Assembly: GCF_963921235.1 (NCBI RefSeq)
Contig: NC_086097.1
Coordinates: forward strand, 78,804,001-78,868,000
DNA: 64,000 nt
Direction: 5' to 3'
DNA from: Mobula hypostoma
Lineage: Eukaryota
Of the stretch, positions 60,495-64,000 are shown in pieces (position 1 is the stretch's first letter; every line of letters starts with the position of its first letter). Below the pieces are notes generated by a model. It was not told the DNA's origin. It was given only the letters and a program-made list of their open reading frames with translations, and made no database searches. The position numbers and the translations under genes are program-made.

Positions 60495-63400
60495 GCGCGG
60501 TGGAGTAGTCTTCCGGAACCTCCGCCCTCTGGCATGCGAGCCGTTGCTGGATTGTGCTGCTATCCCAGTCAAACTGATTCAGATCAACGCGAGATCCTTA
60601 TCCAATAAGACTTGTATTCTCAATGACTTTTTCACCACCCAGGGATTGGGTTTCTTACTGGTGACGGAAACCTAGCTAACTACCAGCAAGCTTGCTCCAC
60701 TTGTTGAACTCTGTCCAGATGACTGTAACTTTTTTAGCACGCCTAGACCCTCTGGACGCAGAGGGGTCTAGCTGCTGTGTTTAATAATCATTTTAATTGC
60801 CGTCTACTGAACTCTGATTATTTCCCCAACTTTGAGGTGCAATTAATTAAAGTGGGCCTGGTCAATCCCCTCTTAATTGCTCTTGTGTATCGTCCACCAA
60901 AAGTACATAAAGATTTTATTACTCAATTTTTGGACTTCCTCTCAAACACTACGCTCAACTTTGATCAAGTTCTGATTTTTGGCGATTTTAATATTCATGT
61001 TTGCTGTCCCATGAAGCCTCTCGTAAGTGATTTTATGTATCTGGTTGAGTCTTTTAATCTTGCTCTGCTTATCACCAGACCCACTCACATGCTAGGCCAT
61101 ACACTCGACCTAGTCTTATCATCTGGTTTCCCTATCTGCAATGCGGTAATAATTGAGGCTTGTCTGTCGGATCATAGCGCTGTTATGTTCAATGTATCTC
61201 TGCCTTTTTCCTCTATTAAATCTCATCTTCCTGTATGTTATTCTCACTATATTAATTCTTCAACTGCCAGTAAGTTCTCTGAGGCTGTCATAGCTGCTCC
61301 CAACACTTGCACCATTGAGGCTTCCCTTCCCATCTCAGCACTGGGGAGCTTTCTTCCTTATTTAATACCACCTGCTCTTCTATTCTGAATACTGTTGCTC
61401 CACTTAAATTGAAAATGTTTAAGCCTAAAGGTTTGCCTTGGCTTAATGACACCACCAGAGCGCTGAGGAGGGAGTGCAGAATATCTGAACGAAAGTGGAA
61501 GTGTGACAAGCTTCAAATTTCTTTTGAAATTTTGAGAAACAATCTTCACAAGTATCAGGAAGCAGTTAAAGCTGCGAGAGCAAAATACTTTTCTGACCTA
61601 ACTTCCAACAACTCTCATAATCCCAAGGTCTTATTCAGTACCATAAATTCTGTCATTTGTCCCTCCTGTATTACTTTAGATGTGTCCCCTGCTAAGTGCA
61701 AAGAATTTTTAAAATTCTTCATTAGCAAAGTTGGGGACATTAGAATGAATATTTCACTCCCCCCCCCCACCTGTGACCTAGCTGTTTCACTGGTTTGTTC
61801 ATCTAAACTGGACTGTTTCTAACCCATCACACTATCCTCCCTTACGAAAATTATTTCCACCATGAAACCTGCAACCTGCCCCCTTGATGTTGTCCCCACT
61901 GCCCTCCCGAAGGATGTCTTTGACATAGCCGGTCCCACCATCCTCTCTATTATCAACAGCTTCCTGGCCACTGTACCGTTCCAACCTGCTTCAAGCGTGC
62001 CGTGGTCCAGCCCCTCCTGAAAAAACCCAACTTAGACCCTACCTTACCTAGTAACTACAGACCTATTTCTAAACTTCCATTCCTGTCAAAGGTTCTCGAA
62101 AAGGTTATTCTTAGTCAATTGCTGCCCTACCTACACCAAAACAACATCTTGGAAAGATTTCAGTCAGGTTTTAAGGCTTATCATAGCACAGAGTCTGCCC
62201 TGCTGAAAGTGTACAATGACCTGCTCCTCTCTACCGACTCAGGTGACTCTGCCATCCTAATTCTTCTTGACCTCAGCACAGCATTCGATACTGTGGATCA
62301 TGCCATCTTAATAGACCGTCTCCAGTACAGGGTTGGTGTTGATAGCACTGCCTTGAACTGGTTTATATCCTACCTCAAAAATAGAAGTTTCTCCGTCAAC
62401 ATAGGCAAGTTCTCTTCTCGCCCAGCTAGTCTCTCCTGCGGGGTCCCACGAGGTTCTATCCTAGGTCCCATTCTTTTCTCTATATACATGCTTCCCCTCG
62501 GTCAAATCGTTCAAAAATATGACATTTCTTTCCATTGTTATGCTGACAACACACAGCTTCATCTCCCCCTGAAACCAAACGACCAGTCAAATCTACTCAG
62601 CCTCATGAACTGCCTTGAGGGCATAAAGTGTTGGATGGCACAAATCTTCCTACAGCTGAATGAAGGCAAGTCTGAAGTTGTCCTACTTGGCCCCCCTGAC
62701 TCCATCAAAGTGATTACCAACAGTCTTGGTAACTTGTCCACCCTTGTCAAACCCCATGTCAAAAACCTTGGTGTGGTATTTGATTCCACCTTTAAGTTTG
62801 ACAAGCAAGTTAATACAGTAGTAAAAGCCAGTTTTTCCAACTTTGTACTATTGCCAAAATCAAGCAGTTTATCTCTTTCAAAGATCTCGAGAAAATTATC
62901 CACACCCTTATATCCTCCTGCTTGGACTACTCCAACTCCCTGTACACTGGGATTAGTCAGTCGTCCCTGTCCCACCTGCAACTGGTCCAGAATGCCGCAG
63001 CCAGGCTCCTGACAGGTGCCCGGAAGAAGGACCATATTACTTCTATCCTGGCCTCCCTCCACTGGCTGCCAGTACAGTTCAGAATTGATTTTAAGATTCT
63101 CCTTTTTGTTTATAAAGCCCTAAATGGGCTGGCCCCCTCCTATATCGCAGACCTTTTAACCCCTTATTCTACTTCCAGGTCCCTCAGGTTGGCTGACTTG
63201 GGGCTCCTGGCTGTCCCGCGATCTAAACTTAAGCTCAGGGGTGACAGCGCCTTTGCTGTTGTAGCCCCTAGACAGTGGAACAGCATTCCCCTCCCTATCA
63301 GATCTGCCCCCTCCATTGACTCTTTTAAATCCAGGCTCAAAACTTACCTTTATTCACTAGCTTTTGAATCCTCCTGATGTGGCTGATTTTTGGCTTGTGC

Positions 63401-63542
63401 CAGGGCCTTTTTGCTGTTTCTTTTGTGCCTATAAGCTGTTTGCCTTGTTGGTTATGTCTGTGTTTCTTGTATTTGTGATTTTAGCTATTTGCTCTGATCT
63501 GTACAGCACTTCGGTCAACATGGGTTGTTTTTAAATGTGCTA
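60495..63542 (+). mobile_element. L2-clade LINE, near-complete ORF2 (APE + RT) with frameshifts
   Basis: INARSL, VTET*, VYRPP, GDFNIH, HTLDL, SDH; NYRPISKLPFLSKVLEK, QSGF, LLDLSTAFDTVDH, GVPRGSILGP, YADNTQ; 3' end gtacagcacttcggtcaac..gttgtttttaaatgtgctat. Confidence 0.93.
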
Positions 63543-64000
63543 TGGATGTTGCATATTTGGATATGCAGTGGATGTTGTATATTTGGATTTTCAGAAGATG
63601 CAGTGGATGTTGTATATTTGGATTTTCAGAAGAGCTTTGACAAGGTGCCACACATGAGGCTGTTTAACAAGATAAGAGCCGATGGAATTACCGGAAAGTT
63701 ACATACGTGGATGAGCGTTGGCTGATTGGCAGGAAACAGAGAGTGGGAATAAAGGGATCCCATTCTGGTTGGCTGCCGGTTACCAGTGGTGTTCCACAGG
63801 GGTCCGTGTTGGGGCCACTTCTTTTTACTTTGTACATCAACGATTTGGATTATGGAATAGATGGCTTTGTGGCTAAGTTTGCTGATGATACAAAGATAGG
63901 TGGAGGGGCCGGTAGTGCTAAGGAAACAGAGAGTCTGCAGAGAGACTTGGATAGATTGGGAGAATGGGCAAAGTGGCAAATGAAATACAATGTTGGAAAG
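63543..64000 (+). mobile_element. CR1 RT fragment with duplicated 5' junction; runs off the right edge
   Basis: AVDVVYLDFQKSFDKVPH, GVPQGSVLGP, KFADDTK. Confidence 0.9.

Overview
Eukaryotic, repeat-dominated DNA with no host protein-coding exon I can support. The mix of repeat families suggests a cartilaginous fish, probably a ray; this is inference and no database was checked. The window is a nested mosaic of retroelements and DNA transposons. Retroelements: many CR1 LINE fragments, Penelope-like elements (PLEs), three Ty3/Gypsy remnants plus a solo LTR, Rex1/Babar, L2, RTE-derived pieces and one young L1. DNA transposons: a Tc1 and a hAT. Most notable: (i) about ten copies of a minimal type-I hammerhead ribozyme motif in PLE termini, three with intact catalytic cores; (ii) a 5'-complete L1 cut off inside ORF2, with no poly(A) but a perfect 15-bp target-site duplication; (iii) a 16 x 65-bp tandem array amplified from inside a dead Gypsy pol; (iv) perfect fold-back hairpins (67-bp and 28-bp arms) inside decayed PLE copies. 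Boundaries of degenerate elements are approximate.
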